From Gammaproteobacteria bacterium (GTDB lineage Bacteria > Pseudomonadota > Gammaproteobacteria > GCA-002705445 > GCA-002716945): DNA of 60,451 bases. Below, piece by piece: positions 38,662 through 49,184 of this stretch; position 1 is the stretch's first letter; each line of letters starts with the position of its first letter. The translations under genes were made by a program, and so were the position numbers. The DNA lies in NCBI GenBank assembly GCA_029246085.1, contig JAQWOB010000011.1:1-60451 (forward strand). The letters are read 5' to 3'. Under the pieces are notes generated by a model. It was not told the origin of the DNA and did not search any database. It worked only from the letters and a program-made list of their open reading frames with translations.

Positions 38662-40011
38662 TTACCTCATTCCTCCGCCAATACCTTTTAGATTAGCTTT
38701 CTTCATCATTCCCTCATATTGATGTGACAATAAGTGGGACTGTATTTGAGCCATTAAATCCATTACCACTATTACTACGATTAATAATGATGTTCCACCA
38801 AAATAGAACGGTACATTAAAATATAAAATTAGAAACTCAGGTAATAGACATACTGTGGTTATGTATATGGCGCCAATAGTCGTTAATTTAGTAGTTATAT
38901 CATCAATATATTCTGCTGTTTGCTCCCCTGGTCTAATGCCCGGGATAAAAGCTCCTGTTTTTTTAAGATTATCCGCTGTCTCTCTAGCATTAAAGACAAG
39001 TGCGGTGTAAAAATAACAAAAGAATATAATCGCGAATGAGTAAAGTAATATATATAACGGTTGTCCTGGAGATAATGATAAAGCGATAGTTTGCACTATA
39101 CCTCCCTCATTGCCTATTCCACCCCAACTCGCAATAGTTGCTGGAAATAATATTATTGCTGAAGCAAAAATTGGTGGTATGACTCCAGCCATATTGATCT
39201 TCAATGGTAAATGTGAACTTTGTGCAGCGTACATTTTTCTACCCTGCATTTTTCTCGCATAATTTATTGGAATTTTTCTTTGTCCACGCTCAACATATAT
39301 CACTACAGCCGTAATTAATATTACTAATAAAAATATAAGAATTACCGTAAAACCTTGTAACTCTCCATTGCTTGCTAGCTCAACTGTATTGCCAATAGCT
39401 GATGGTAAGCCGGCAACTATACCCGCAAATATAAGTATTGATATACCATTGCCAATTCCTCTTTCCGTAATTTGTTCTCCTAACCATACAAGGAACATTG
39501 TTCCAGTAACTAAGGTTATAACGGCTATGCCAACAAAAGTGAAACCTGGGTCAAGAACCAATATAGTACTGCCCGTATTTTGATTTTGAAGAGCAGATGA
39601 AACACCAAACGACTGCATAATTGCAAGTACTAAAGTAAAGTATCTAGTATATTTGGTAATTTTTTTTCTTCCTCTTTCCCCTTCTTTTCTCAACTGCACT
39701 AATGGCGCATAAACATGGGTCATCATCTGAATAATAATCGATGCTGAAATATATGGCATTACTCCTAGCGCAAATAGTGACATTCTAGATAGGGAGCCAC
39801 CGGAAAACATATTAAACATATCCAAGATGCTACCCCTTTGCTGCTCAAATAAAAATTTCATAACGGAAGGGTCAATGCCCGGCAATGTAATAAAACTTCC
39901 TAGTCTAAACACCATCAAAGCAAGTACAACAAAGATAATTCTTTGTCTTAACTCAACTGATTTTGTTAAACCACCAAGTCCACCTGTCATATTATTTCCT
40001 GATCTAGACAT
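38662..40011 (-). CDS. secY: Preprotein translocase subunit SecY
   Basis: 449 aa, 10 TM helices, with [18 protein letters not shown] and [10 protein letters not shown]. Confidence 0.97.
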   Translation of the reverse strand: MSRSGNNMTGGLGGLTKSVELRQRIIFVVLALMVFRLGSFITLPGIDPSVMKFLFEQQRGSILDMFNMFSGGSLSRMSLFALGVMPYISASIIIQMMTHVYAPLVQLRKEGERGRKKITKYTRYFTLVLAIMQSFGVSSALQNQNTGSTILVLDPGFTFVGIAVITLVTGTMFLVWLGEQITERGIGNGISILIFAGIVAGLPSAIGNTVELASNGELQGFTVILIFLLVILITAVVIYVERGQRKIPINYARKMQGRKMYAAQSSHLPLKINMAGVIPPIFASAIILFPATIASWGGIGNEGGIVQTIALSLSPGQPLYILLYSFAIIFFCYFYTALVFNARETADNLKKTGAFIPGIRPGEQTAEYIDDITTKLTTIGAIYITTVCLLPEFLILYFNVPFYFGGTSLLIVVIVVMDLMAQIQSHLLSHQYEGMMKKANLKGIGGGMR

Positions 40012-40017
40012 ATTTCC

Positions 40018-40440
40018 TTACTTCTTTGTGAATTCCATTACAGATTTAGTACACGCCATATCTTTTAAAGTTTTCTTCTCTTTAATGGTACAGGGTCCTA
40101 TTATTTTTACTTTTTGAATCTTTGTTTTGATTAGTTTATATTTTCTTAATAATTCTATTGTTATCTCATCTTCTTTAATTTTCACTAAATGATCGTATTT
40201 AACCTCGGTAGAAAGAAGATTGACGCGAGATGAAAACCCAACTTTTGGAAGTCTTCTTTGTAAAGGCATTTGTCCACCCTCAAAACCTATACGGATTGTT
40301 CCGCCTGTTCTTGCTTTTTGACCCTTATGTCCTCTACCGCAAGTTTTCCCGGTACCTGACCCGCCACCTCTACCAACTCTTTTTCTATTAGATTTGCTAT
40401 CGCTATTAGGTTTTATTTCATTTAATAAACTACTCATCAT
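40018..40440 (-). CDS. rplO: 50S ribosomal protein L15
   Basis: 140 aa with [24 protein letters not shown]. Confidence 0.93.
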   Translation of the reverse strand: MMSSLLNEIKPNSDSKSNRKRVGRGGGSGTGKTCGRGHKGQKARTGGTIRIGFEGGQMPLQRRLPKVGFSSRVNLLSTEVKYDHLVKIKEDEITIELLRKYKLIKTKIQKVKIIGPCTIKEKKTLKDMACTKSVMEFTKK

Positions 40441-40448
40441 TTTACCTA

Positions 40449-40640
40449 CTAATTACTAATTTCTACCATATGTCTTACAACTCTAATCATTCCTCGGATT
40501 GCTGGAGTATCTTCAAGTGTAACTTCATGATTAATTCTTCTTAATCCCAAACCTTTAATTGATGCTACTTGTTTTTTTGTGCTGCCAATCAAACTTCTTG
40601 TTTGCTTAACTGTTACTGTGTTTTTATCTTGCTTAGCCAT
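40449..40640 (-). CDS. rpmD: 50S ribosomal protein L30
   Basis: 63 aa with [11 protein letters not shown] and [11 protein letters not shown]. Confidence 0.9.
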   Translation of the reverse strand: MAKQDKNTVTVKQTRSLIGSTKKQVASIKGLGLRRINHEVTLEDTPAIRGMIRVVRHMVEISN

Positions 40641-40642
40641 TA

Positions 40643-41134
40643 TTATAACTCACTTGTTTTTTTTCCACGTTTTGCTGCTACATATGCAGGATAAAACATA
40701 GACTCTAAACCCTTAACCGTTGCCTTTACAACATTAATAGGGTTAGTTGAACCAATACTCTTCGCTAAAACATTATGGATACCAGTAGCTTCAAATACAG
40801 CTCTCATGGCTCCACCTGCAATTACTCCTGTACCTTCTCCAGCTGGTTTCATGAAAATTTTAGCTGCACCATGCGAATGTGTGACTTCATGATGCAAAGT
40901 TCCATTTTTAAGAGCAACACTAACCATGCTATTTTTAGCTTTGTCCATTGCCTTTTGTATAGCCATTGGTACTTCTTTTGCTTTCCCATAACCATAACCA
41001 ATTCTACCATTGCCATCTCCAACAACTGTTAGCGCAGTAAAACTAAATTGTCTCCCACCTTTAACGACTTTAGCTGTACGGTTTACGGCAACTAATTTTT
41101 CTATATAATCTGATTTTTTATCATCGTATGCCAT
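40643..41134 (-). CDS. rpsE: 30S ribosomal protein S5
   Basis: 163 aa with [27 protein letters not shown]. Confidence 0.95.
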   Translation of the reverse strand: MAYDDKKSDYIEKLVAVNRTAKVVKGGRQFSFTALTVVGDGNGRIGYGYGKAKEVPMAIQKAMDKAKNSMVSVALKNGTLHHEVTHSHGAAKIFMKPAGEGTGVIAGGAMRAVFEATGIHNVLAKSIGSTNPINVVKATVKGLESMFYPAYVAAKRGKKTSEL

Positions 41135-41499
41135 TATATCTTCACTCCATTTTCACGCATAGAATCAGCTAAAGCTTTAATTTTTCCATGATATCTATAG
41201 CCTGATCTATCAAATGCTATCTTTCCAATTTTCTCTTTTTTAATATAATCTGCCATCAGTTTACCAATCATTTTTGAAGACTCAATATTATTAGATTTAA
41301 TTTTTCCTTTAAGATCTTTTTGATTTGTAGATATAGTTGTAAGCACTTTACTTCCATTAGAAGTTAGAAGTTGCAAATATATATGTTTAACTGATCTATA
41401 AACGCTCAGCCTATATTCACTAGATACACTAATCCTAGCTCTTGACTTACGAGCACGTCTTAATCGCGAATCTCTGCTATTCTTATTTACACGGATCAT
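41134..41499 (-). CDS. rplR: 50S ribosomal protein L18
   Basis: 121 aa with [15 protein letters not shown] and [17 protein letters not shown]. Confidence 0.93.
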   Translation of the reverse strand: MIRVNKNSRDSRLRRARKSRARISVSSEYRLSVYRSVKHIYLQLLTSNGSKVLTTISTNQKDLKGKIKSNNIESSKMIGKLMADYIKKEKIGKIAFDRSGYRYHGKIKALADSMRENGVKI

Positions 41500-42023
41500 T
41501 TTTTCTTAGCCTCTTTTTTAATAACTTCTTCATCTTCATATCTAATGCCTTTTCCTTTATAAGGTTCAGGAGGTCTATATGCTCTTATTTCTGCAGCAGC
41601 TTGTCCAACCCTTTGTTTATCAACACCGGTAATAACTATCTCTGTTTGAGTAGGTGTTTCAATTTTCAAACCTTCTGGCACTGGATAGACAACAGGGTGA
41701 GAGAATCCTACGGTTAACTCTAAATTTTTTAAATCAGCTTTTGCCCTATAACCAACCCCAATCATTTTTAATTTCTTAACCCAGTTACTGGTGACGCCAT
41801 GGACCATATTAGCAAGCAAAGTTCTTGTAGTTCCAGATAACGCTATGCAATCTGCGTCTTCAGTTTTAACTTGAGCAAAACCATCTTTTACATCCACAGT
41901 AATATTAGAATGTTTCTCAAAAGAGAGTTTCCCCATTGGGCCCTCAATATTAATTAAATTTTCATTAATCATAAATTTAATACTTTCGGGTATTTGAATT
42001 GGCTTACTTGCTATTTTAGACAT
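41496..42023 (-). CDS. rplF: 50S ribosomal protein L6
   Basis: 175 aa, beginning MSKIASKPIQIP, with GVGYRA and PPEPYKGKGIRY. Confidence 0.95.
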   Translation of the reverse strand: MSKIASKPIQIPESIKFMINENLINIEGPMGKLSFEKHSNITVDVKDGFAQVKTEDADCIALSGTTRTLLANMVHGVTSNWVKKLKMIGVGYRAKADLKNLELTVGFSHPVVYPVPEGLKIETPTQTEIVITGVDKQRVGQAAAEIRAYRPPEPYKGKGIRYEDEEVIKKEAKKK

Positions 42024-42032
42024 TTTTTATAC

Positions 42033-42425
42033 TTATGAGACAATACAAATTATCTCACCTCCATAATTCTTTTCACGAGCTTCTTTATCGGTCATCACTC
42101 CATGCGATGTTGAGACAATACATATTCCTAACCCATTTCTTACATTTGGCACTTGTTTTGCAGGCTTAAAAATACGAAGACTAGGTTTACTAATTCTTTC
42201 AATATTTTCTATAACTGGTTTACCTTCATAATATTTTAATAATACTGTTAATTCTTTTTTGAGATCACCAGATACCTCGGTGGAATCAATATAACCCTCA
42301 CTCTCAAGAACCTTGCAAATAGATAATTTCATTTTTGAAAACGGCATAGTTACAGCTTCTTTTTCTGCGCTCTGCCCATTTCTTATTCTCGTTAGCAAAT
42401 CTGCTATTGTATCGCTCATGCTCAT
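42033..42425 (-). CDS. rpsH: 30S ribosomal protein S8
   Basis: MSMSDTIADLLTRIRNGQ..., 130 aa from the internal ATG, the same length as E. coli S8. The track ORF starts 12 nt earlier at TTG. Confidence 0.93.
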   Translation of the reverse strand: MSMSDTIADLLTRIRNGQSAEKEAVTMPFSKMKLSICKVLESEGYIDSTEVSGDLKKELTVLLKYYEGKPVIENIERISKPSLRIFKPAKQVPNVRNGLGICIVSTSHGVMTDKEAREKNYGGEIICIVS

Positions 42426-42430
42426 AATTT

Positions 42431-42736
42431 TTACCAACTCGCCTTAGTTAAACCGGGTATATCGCCCCTCATTGCAGCTTTTCTTAGCTTAGATCTTCCT
42501 AATCCAAATTTTCTATAAACTCCTCTTGGTCTTCCAGTCAAGGAACATCTATTTCTTTGTCTAATAGCTGCTGAGTTAATAGGCAATTTTTGTAGTTTTT
42601 TTCTAAGCAATAATAGCTCTTCCATCTCTAGGTTAGGATTTTTTAACTGCTCCTTAAGAGCATCTCTTTTAGTTGCATACTTTAATACGCATACTGCGCG
42701 TTTTTTTTCTCTTTGAATTATTGAAAGTTTAGCCAT
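42431..42736 (-). CDS. rpsN: 30S ribosomal protein S14
   Basis: 101 aa with [21 protein letters not shown] and ending GLTKASW. Confidence 0.95.
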   Translation of the reverse strand: MAKLSIIQREKKRAVCVLKYATKRDALKEQLKNPNLEMEELLLLRKKLQKLPINSAAIRQRNRCSLTGRPRGVYRKFGLGRSKLRKAAMRGDIPGLTKASW

Positions 42737-42738
42737 AA

Positions 42739-43275
42739 TTATTTAAATGGAAAATTAAATTGCTTAAAAAGCTCCATTGCCTCCTGATTATTTTTAGCGC
42801 TAGTAGTGATTGTAATATCTAACCCTTTAATTCTATCTATCCTATCGAAATCTATTTCTGGAAAAATAATATGCTCCTTTACCCCTAATGTATAGTTACC
42901 TCTACCATCAAATGAATTAGGATTTAAACCTCTAAAGTCACGTGTTCTTGGTAGTGAAATTTTAATAAGTTTTTCAAAAAAATCATACATTTTTTCATTT
43001 CTAAGCGTGACTTTGCATCCAATTGGCATACCTTCTCTTAATTTAAAGTTAGCAATTGATTTTTTTGCATATGTTAAAACAGCTTTTTGTCCACTTATCT
43101 GAGTTAATTCAGCTTGAGCTGATTCTAGTACTTTTTTATCACTCACTGCAGAACCTAGTCCCATATTCAAGGTAATTTTGGTTAATTTAGGAACATTCAT
43201 TGGAGACTTAACCTTTAATACTTCCATTAAGGCTGGCACAATGTTATCTCTGTAAAATTCATTATATGTGTTCAT
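42739..43275 (-). CDS. rplE: 50S ribosomal protein L5
   Basis: 178 aa with [13 protein letters not shown] and [10 protein letters not shown]. Confidence 0.95.
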   Translation of the reverse strand: MNTYNEFYRDNIVPALMEVLKVKSPMNVPKLTKITLNMGLGSAVSDKKVLESAQAELTQISGQKAVLTYAKKSIANFKLREGMPIGCKVTLRNEKMYDFFEKLIKISLPRTRDFRGLNPNSFDGRGNYTLGVKEHIIFPEIDFDRIDRIKGLDITITTSAKNNQEAMELFKQFNFPFK

Positions 43276-43276
43276 A

Positions 43277-43594
43277 CTAAATATCTATAACCTCTTTACT
43301 AGATTTATATATCCTTACTTTTTTGCCATTTTCCAATGTTTTCATTCCAACACGATCACCTTTTTTAGAAATCGGATTTAAAATCATCACATTTGAGATT
43401 TGAATCGGCATTTCCTTTTCAATGATCCCTCCGCTCTCTTGTTTATTAGGGTTTGGCTTCACATGTTTCTTTGCTAAATTAATATTTGCAATTAACAGTT
43501 TATTGGGCTCAATAACTTTAAGAATCTCACCTTTTTTACCTTTATCTTTTCCTGCAATTACAATTACTGAATCGCCTTTCTTTAACTTATTCAT
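43277..43594 (-). CDS. rplX: 50S ribosomal protein L24
   Basis: 105 aa with the KOW motif [18 protein letters not shown]. Confidence 0.93.
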   Translation of the reverse strand: MNKLKKGDSVIVIAGKDKGKKGEILKVIEPNKLLIANINLAKKHVKPNPNKQESGGIIEKEMPIQISNVMILNPISKKGDRVGMKTLENGKKVRIYKSSKEVIDI

Positions 43595-43959
43595 AATACC
43601 TCTGGAGCTAACGATACAATTTTCATAAACGTTAACGCTCTTAATTCTCTTGTAACAGGTCCAAATATACGTGTTCCAAGTGGTTCTAATTTAGCACTTA
43701 ACAAAACGCATGCATTGCTATCAAATCTTATAGCTGAACCATCAGGTCTTTTAATCGCCTTTTTAGTTCTCACTACTACCGCGTTATATACCTCGCCTTT
43801 CTTAACCTTGCCTTTAGGAATCGCATCCTTTATAGAGACTTTTATAACATCGCCAATAGATGCATATCTTCTATGCGAGCCACCCAATACTTTTATACAC
43901 ATTAATTTCTTTGCGCCGCTATTGTCTGCCGAGACTAATGTAGTTTGCATTTGTATCAT
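43591..43959 (-). CDS. rplN: 50S ribosomal protein L14
   Basis: 122 aa, beginning [18 protein letters not shown] and ending SLAPEVL. Confidence 0.96.
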   Translation of the reverse strand: MIQMQTTLVSADNSGAKKLMCIKVLGGSHRRYASIGDVIKVSIKDAIPKGKVKKGEVYNAVVVRTKKAIKRPDGSAIRFDSNACVLLSAKLEPLGTRIFGPVTRELRALTFMKIVSLAPEVL

Positions 43960-43968
43960 TTTATTTCT

Positions 43969-44211
43969 CTAATCTTCCTTGACCAAGGTCCAAAATTTTG
44001 TTTTTGAGATTGGTCTTGTTTGTTGTATACGAACTTGCTGTCCAATTACACATTCATTATTTTCATCATGAATATGAAACTTACTTGTCCTCTTAATAAA
44101 TTTTCCATTTACTGGATGCTTTATTTGCCTTTCAACTATTACGGTTGCAGACTTATCCATTTTATTACTAAATACTTTAGCTAATATTATTTTTACTTTT
44201 TTATTTTCCAT
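43969..44211 (-). CDS. rpsQ: 30S ribosomal protein S17
   Basis: Carries [24 protein letters not shown] and SKTKFWTLV. The start is chosen at the internal ATG (MENKK...), which aligns with the E. coli S17 N-terminus. The track ORF extends to 44226. Either start overlaps rpmC. Confidence 0.88.
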   Translation of the reverse strand: MENKKVKIILAKVFSNKMDKSATVIVERQIKHPVNGKFIKRTSKFHIHDENNECVIGQQVRIQQTRPISKTKFWTLVKED

Positions 44212-44398
44212 CTGCTTTTTTCTCATTTAATATAGTTTTAATTCTAGCTATGCTTTTTTTATTTATAGAAAATAAGTGAGGCTTGGGATTTAATCCTGTT
44301 CCTCTCTGTATACGCAATGTGAATCTTTCCTTAACTAGACCATCTAGCTCTTGTAAAAGTTCAGCGTTAGTTTTATTCCTATACTCTTCAGTTTTCAT
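44201..44398 (-). CDS. rpmC: 50S ribosomal protein L29
   Basis: 65 aa with [19 protein letters not shown] and [14 protein letters not shown]. Confidence 0.9.
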   Translation of the reverse strand: MKTEEYRNKTNAELLQELDGLVKERFTLRIQRGTGLNPKPHLFSINKKSIARIKTILNEKKADGK

Positions 44399-44811
44399 TA
44401 CATTATCGCCCTAGTTATAAAAGTAGTTATAACAGGTAATTTTGCTGAAGCTAGTCTAAATGCTTCTCTTGCTACCTCTTCTGTTACTCCTTCCATCTCA
44501 TATAATACTTTACCGGGCTGTACTTTAGCTGCCCAATATTCTACGTTTCCTTTCCCTTTGCCCATTCTAACTTCAACAGGTTTTTTAGTTATAGGAACAT
44601 CTGGGAATATACGTATCCAAATTTTTCCACCACGTTTTATATATCTTGTCATTGCTCTTCTAGCAGCTTCTATTTGTCTAGCCGTCACTCTTCCACGTGT
44701 AATAGCTTTAAGACCAAATTCTCCAAAACTTACTTTAGCACCAGATGTTGCAAACCCTCTTAGTTTGCCTTTTTGCTGTTTTCTATACTTAGTTTTTTTT
44801 GGTTGTAACAT
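44398..44811 (-). CDS. rplP: 50S ribosomal protein L16
   Basis: 137 aa, beginning [15 protein letters not shown], with [28 protein letters not shown]. Confidence 0.96.
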   Translation of the reverse strand: MLQPKKTKYRKQQKGKLRGFATSGAKVSFGEFGLKAITRGRVTARQIEAARRAMTRYIKRGGKIWIRIFPDVPITKKPVEVRMGKGKGNVEYWAAKVQPGKVLYEMEGVTEEVAREAFRLASAKLPVITTFITRAIM

Positions 44812-44814
44812 AAT

Positions 44815-45504
44815 TTATTTACCACTAACAGTATTCTTATTCATTTTCTTATCAGATTCTTTGGTATTATCCGAATCATCTGCATGATGTATCCATACTT
44901 TAATCCCAATAATGCCATACGTTGTCATTGCTTCTGCAACACCATAATCAATATTTGCCTTGAGTGTATGCAAAGGTACTCGTCCTTCTCTATACCATTC
45001 ACTTCTTGCAATCTCTGCACCATTTAATCTTCCACCAACATTAACTTTAATCCCTAATGCCCCAAGTCGAATGGTATTTGTTACCGCTCTTTTCATTGCC
45101 CTTCTATACATTATTCTTCTCTCTAATTGCTGAGCAATTCCTTCGGCAACTAAGTGAGCATCAAGCTCTGGTTTTCTAATCTCTTTAACATTTAGTTTGA
45201 TCTTATTCTTTGGTAATCCCATAATTAACGATATCTTGTTTCTATACTTATCTATATCTTCCCCTTTTTTCCCAATAACTATTCCAGGTCTAGATGAATA
45301 TACAGTTACAACAGCTTCTTTGGTTGGTCTTTCAATTAAAATTCTACTAACAGATGCATGCTTTAGTGTAGCTCTCAAATAATCTCTAACCTTAATATCC
45401 TCTAATAAGAATTTGGGGAATTCTTTAGCATTGGCATACCATTTGGAGTTCCAATCAGTTGAAATTCCTAATCTATATCCATGTGGATGTACTTTCTGTC
45501 CCAT
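44815..45504 (-). CDS. rpsC: 30S ribosomal protein S3
   Basis: 229 aa, beginning [13 protein letters not shown], with a KH domain and [23 protein letters not shown]. Confidence 0.96.
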   Translation of the reverse strand: MGQKVHPHGYRLGISTDWNSKWYANAKEFPKFLLEDIKVRDYLRATLKHASVSRILIERPTKEAVVTVYSSRPGIVIGKKGEDIDKYRNKISLIMGLPKNKIKLNVKEIRKPELDAHLVAEGIAQQLERRIMYRRAMKRAVTNTIRLGALGIKVNVGGRLNGAEIARSEWYREGRVPLHTLKANIDYGVAEAMTTYGIIGIKVWIHHADDSDNTKESDKKMNKNTVSGK

Positions 45505-45506
45505 AA

Positions 45507-45848
45507 TTAAACCTCTTTACCATCTGAAACAATTACCGTTATGTGGCTGCTTCTTTTTAAAATTTCGTTTACTCTTCCCCGAGCTCTTGGCATATGTCTT
45601 TTTTGTGTAGGGCCTTCATCTACTAAAATATTCTTAACTATTAAATCATCAATATCATGAGAATTATTATTCTCAGCATTAGCTACAGCTGATTCCAATA
45701 CTTTTAAAATCATTCTAGATGCTTTCTTATTATTAAAAGTTAGAAATTCAATTGCTTTATCTACTTTTAAACCTCTAACAACATTAGCTACAAGTCTAGC
45801 TTTCTGAGCAGAGATTCTTTGATATTTTAATATTGCACGTGTATTCAT
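45507..45848 (-). CDS. rplV: 50S ribosomal protein L22
   Basis: [26 protein letters not shown]..., 113 aa from the internal ATG. The longer track ORF would overlap rpsS. Confidence 0.92.
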   Translation of the reverse strand: MNTRAILKYQRISAQKARLVANVVRGLKVDKAIEFLTFNNKKASRMILKVLESAVANAENNNSHDIDDLIVKNILVDEGPTQKRHMPRARGRVNEILKRSSHITVIVSDGKEV

Positions 45849-45852
45849 AATC

Positions 45853-46131
45853 TTACGTAGCCTTAGCTTTTCTATCTCCCGAATGTCCTTTAAATAATCT
45901 TGTTGGTGAAAATTCACCTAATTTATGACCAACCATGTTTTCCGTAACATATACGGGCACATGTTGTTTTCCATTATGAACTCCAATCGTTAGACCAACC
46001 ATATCTGGGGATATAACAGATCTTCTTGACCATGTCTTAATAGGCTTTTTATCATTATTCTCCACAGCTTTATCAACTTTAGCTTGTAAATGATAATCAA
46101 TAAAAGGCCCTTTTTTAAGTGATCTTGCCAT
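45853..46131 (-). CDS. rpsS: 30S ribosomal protein S19
   Basis: 92 aa, beginning [15 protein letters not shown], with [11 protein letters not shown]. Confidence 0.96.
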   Translation of the reverse strand: MARSLKKGPFIDYHLQAKVDKAVENNDKKPIKTWSRRSVISPDMVGLTIGVHNGKQHVPVYVTENMVGHKLGEFSPTRLFKGHSGDRKAKAT

Positions 46132-46133
46132 AA

Positions 46134-46970
46134 TTATTTCCTTTTCTTGTTAGATCTGCGTCTAACTATCATGTTATCTGTTCTTTTATTAGATCTTGTT
46201 TTATAACCCTTAGTAGGTGTTCCCCATGGAGAAACAGGATGTCTACCACCCGATGTTTTCCCTTCACCACCACCATGTGGATGATCAATAGGATTCATCG
46301 CTACTCCCCTAACAGTAGGTCTAACTCCAAGCCATCTTTTAGCACCGGCTTTACCGAGTGATTGTAAATTAAATTCACTATTACCAACTTCACCAATAGT
46401 AGCCTTACATTTAGAAAATATTTTTCTCATTTCACCAGATCTTAATTTGATAGTGACATATTCTCCTTCAATAGCTGCTATTTGAGCAGAAGTTCCAGCA
46501 CTTCTTGCAATTTGAGCACCTTTTTCAGGCTTCATTTCAATACAATGAACCTGCGTACCAACTGGTATATTTTTCATTGGTAGCGAATTTCCAATTGCTA
46601 TTGGTGATGCTTCACCAGATATTATTGGATCTCCAGGCTTAATATTCTTAGGAGCGATAATATATCTACGCTCTCCATCTATGTATAACAGTAATGCTAT
46701 ATGAGCATTTCTATTTGGATCATACTCAAGTCTTTCAACTTTTGCTGCAATATTATCTTTATCGCGTTTAAAATCAATTATGCGGTAACTTCTTTTATGC
46801 CCGCCACCGATGTGCCTAGTAGTTATCCTACCTTTATTGTTTCTGCCACCAGTCTTACTAAGTTTAGCTATTAATGCTTCGCACGGCTTACCTTTATGAA
46901 GCTCAGGGCTGCTAATTTTAACTTTATGTCTTACTCCCGGAGAAGTTGGTTTTGATCTTATTAATGCCAT
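46134..46970 (-). CDS. rplB: 50S ribosomal protein L2
   Basis: 278 aa with [15 protein letters not shown] and [12 protein letters not shown]. Confidence 0.97.
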   Translation of the reverse strand: MALIRSKPTSPGVRHKVKISSPELHKGKPCEALIAKLSKTGGRNNKGRITTRHIGGGHKRSYRIIDFKRDKDNIAAKVERLEYDPNRNAHIALLLYIDGERRYIIAPKNIKPGDPIISGEASPIAIGNSLPMKNIPVGTQVHCIEMKPEKGAQIARSAGTSAQIAAIEGEYVTIKLRSGEMRKIFSKCKATIGEVGNSEFNLQSLGKAGAKRWLGVRPTVRGVAMNPIDHPHGGGEGKTSGGRHPVSPWGTPTKGYKTRSNKRTDNMIVRRRSNKKRK

Positions 46971-47272
46971 TACTTAGCCTCTAATTCTCCATAGCTTATG
47001 TCATAACCTTCTTTAAGTTTAACGTATGCTTTTTTCCAATCTTTAGTTTTACCGAATTTTCTTCCAACTCTTTTAAGTTTTCCTGGTACATTTAATAAAC
47101 GTACTTGCTCTACCTTAACTTCAAACATTTTTTCAACAGCTTTTTTTACTTCTAATTTATTAGCATCTTTTAGTACTGAAAATACATGTTGCTTTTCTAA
47201 ATCAGCCTTTGCTGTTGCTTTTTCAGAAATACGTGGTGATACAATTATATTCATGAGTCTTTCGTTATTCAT
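46970..47272 (-). CDS. rplW: 50S ribosomal protein L23
   Basis: 100 aa with PRISEKAT and [19 protein letters not shown]. Confidence 0.93.
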   Translation of the reverse strand: MNNERLMNIIVSPRISEKATAKADLEKQHVFSVLKDANKLEVKKAVEKMFEVKVEQVRLLNVPGKLKRVGRKFGKTKDWKKAYVKLKEGYDISYGELEAK

Positions 47273-47847
47273 GATGTCATACCTTGTACTTTATCAAGTA
47301 TCGTCGAGTCAATAATCACATTATCATATCTCATTAAATTATAAGGGTTCATTCCGAGTGGGCTCACTATTTCTACATTCTTAAGATTTCTTCCAGCCAA
47401 GAAAACATTTATTTTTCCTTCATGAACTATAAGTAACGTATTTGTTATTTTTAGTTTTGTTAACTCTGCTACAAATGCTTTAGTCTTTGGTTCCGTAACA
47501 TTAAAGTCTTCCACACAAAATAAACGTTCTTTTCTATTTAACTCAGAAAAAATGCAATTCATTGCGTTTTTATACATTTTTTTATTAATCTTTTTATTAT
47601 AATCTTTTGGTGATGCAGCAAATGTTACTCCACCTTTTCTCCAGATTGGACCTCTTGTTGTTCCAGCCCTTGCTCTACCAGAACCTTTTTGGGGTCTAGG
47701 TTTTGCGCCACCACCACTTACTGCTGATCTATTTTTCTGTGCTTTTGTGCCAGAACGCTGATTTGACATATAGTCAGTCGCAACCTGATGAACAAGTGAC
47801 TCATTAAACTCTTTACTAAATATCTTATTTAAATCTATTGCAGCCAT
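47269..47847 (-). CDS. rplD: 50S ribosomal protein L4
   Basis: 192 aa with RPQKGSGRARAGTTRGPIWRKGGVTF. Confidence 0.95.
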   Translation of the reverse strand: MAAIDLNKIFSKEFNESLVHQVATDYMSNQRSGTKAQKNRSAVSGGGAKPRPQKGSGRARAGTTRGPIWRKGGVTFAASPKDYNKKINKKMYKNAMNCIFSELNRKERLFCVEDFNVTEPKTKAFVAELTKLKITNTLLIVHEGKINVFLAGRNLKNVEIVSPLGMNPYNLMRYDNVIIDSTILDKVQGMTS

Positions 47848-47851
47848 TTTA

Positions 47852-48610
47852 TTATTCTTTAGTTCCTTCTTCTGCTTTTACATTTTCAGCAGGTTTTGAT
47901 TCTTTACTTGGAGCTGCTGCTTTAACTTCTTCTACAACAGTTTCTTCGATTGTTAATATTTCTCTAGGAGTATATTTTTTTCTAGTTGGTTTGATAATTA
48001 CGTTTGAACCATCATGCCCAGGTATTGATCCTTTTACTAATATCGTATTATCATCTAAAAGGATTTTAACTATTACTAGATTTTGAATTGTATTTCTAAC
48101 ATTACCTAGCTGACCAGCCATTTTTTTACCTTTGAATACACGTCCAGGATCTTGACATTGCCCTGTAGCACCATGAGCACGATGTGATAATGAATTACCA
48201 TGCGTAGCATCTTGAGTTGCAAAATGATGACGTTTTACTCCACCTTGAAAACCTTTACCAAGTGTAGTACCGGTTATGTCAACATGTTCTCCAACTTTAA
48301 ATAAACTTAAATCTATTGATTTCCCAATTTCTAAACCTTCCATCTCTTTGTCATTCAGTCTAAATTCCATTAAGCCTTTACCAGGAGATACTGCGGCTTT
48401 CTTGTAATGCCCAAGAACAGCCTTATTTACTTTAGATTCTTTCTTTTGGCCATAAGACACTTGCACAGCTTTGTAGCCATCTTTTTCTAATGTCTTAATT
48501 TGTGTGATTTGAGTAGGAGAAACACTGATTGCAGTAACTGGGACAGATATACCTGTGCTATCAAATATTCTAGTCATTCCGGTCTTTTGGCCTATAATAC
48601 CCATACTCAT
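47852..48610 (-). CDS. rplC: 50S ribosomal protein L3 with a ~41-aa C-terminal extension
   Basis: 252 aa with GIIGQKTGMTRIF and FATQDATHGNSLSHRAHGATG. The E. coli-like end (..IIKPTRK) is followed by an extra Glu/Lys/Ala/Pro-rich tail. Confidence 0.95.
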   Translation of the reverse strand: MSMGIIGQKTGMTRIFDSTGISVPVTAISVSPTQITQIKTLEKDGYKAVQVSYGQKKESKVNKAVLGHYKKAAVSPGKGLMEFRLNDKEMEGLEIGKSIDLSLFKVGEHVDITGTTLGKGFQGGVKRHHFATQDATHGNSLSHRAHGATGQCQDPGRVFKGKKMAGQLGNVRNTIQNLVIVKILLDDNTILVKGSIPGHDGSNVIIKPTRKKYTPREILTIEETVVEEVKAAAPSKESKPAENVKAEEGTKE

Positions 48611-48719
48611 TTTATTATCCTCAAAATGATAAAGTTAGTTATAATACTGTTTTATACGTAAAATGTGCTGAATCTTAACATATATTCAGTTTTTTATGTA
48701 TGATTTTTAGCGAAAAATG

Positions 48720-49184
48720 TTAATTTAATTCTATTTTAACATCAACGCCAGCAGCAAGGTCTAATTTCATTAAAGCATCTACAGTTTTATCTGTAGGCTC
48801 AACGATATCCATCAATCTTTTATGTGTTCTAATCTCATATTGATCACGAGCATCCTTATCTACATGAGGGGATACTAATATAGTAAACCTCTCTTTTCTG
48901 GTAGGTAACGGAATAGGCCCTAATACTCGAGCTCCTGTTCTTTTTGCTGTTTCAACAATTTCTTTTGCCGATAAATCTATAAGTTTATGGTCAAATGTTT
49001 TTAATCTTATTCTGATAGTCTGAGTATTTTTCTTTTTTGTTGCAGTGCTTTTTTTTGCAGTTGCTTTAGTAGCTGTGTCTTTTTTTGCAGTTGCTTTAGT
49101 AGCTGTGTCTTTTTTTGCAGTTGCTTTAGTAGCTGTGTCTTTTTTTGCAGTTGCTTTAGTAGCTGTGTCTTTTTTTGTAACCAT
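48720..49184 (-). CDS. rpsJ: 30S ribosomal protein S10 with a 51-aa repeat-containing N-terminal extension
   Basis: The C-terminal 103 aa are canonical S10 ([14 protein letters not shown]...[13 protein letters not shown]...[10 protein letters not shown]). The only in-frame start is the ATG at 49182-49184, which overlaps the fusA stop (TAATG). The extension is MVT([10 protein letters not shown])x4 [11 protein letters not shown]. Confidence 0.9.
   Translation of the reverse strand: MVTKKDTATKATAKKDTATKATAKKDTATKATAKKDTATKATAKKSTATKKKNTQTIRIRLKTFDHKLIDLSAKEIVETAKRTGARVLGPIPLPTRKERFTILVSPHVDKDARDQYEIRTHKRLMDIVEPTDKTVDALMKLDLAAGVDVKIELN
49051..49170. repeat. Four perfect tandem copies of a 30-bp unit inside the 5' end of rpsJ
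   Basis: The unit ttttttgcagttgctttagtagctgtgtct occurs at 49051, 49081, 49111 and 49141 with 100% identity. Degenerate partial copies flank it on both sides. The unit length is a multiple of 3 and is in frame ([10 protein letters not shown]). Confidence 0.97.

Noticed and set aside
45703-45719. Second ICE-like sequence TTTAAAATCATTCTAGA (15 of 17 positions, or 12 of 14 specified positions, match TTTAGAA-N3-TTCTAAA)
   Set aside because: It lies inside the rplV coding region, far from any promoter. It has mismatches at the informative G and A positions. This is most likely chance in AT-rich DNA.
49051-49170. Possible CRISPR array, since the repeats are 30 bp long
   Set aside because: The units are directly tandem with no spacers. 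They lie in frame inside a coding sequence, and no cas genes or leader are present.
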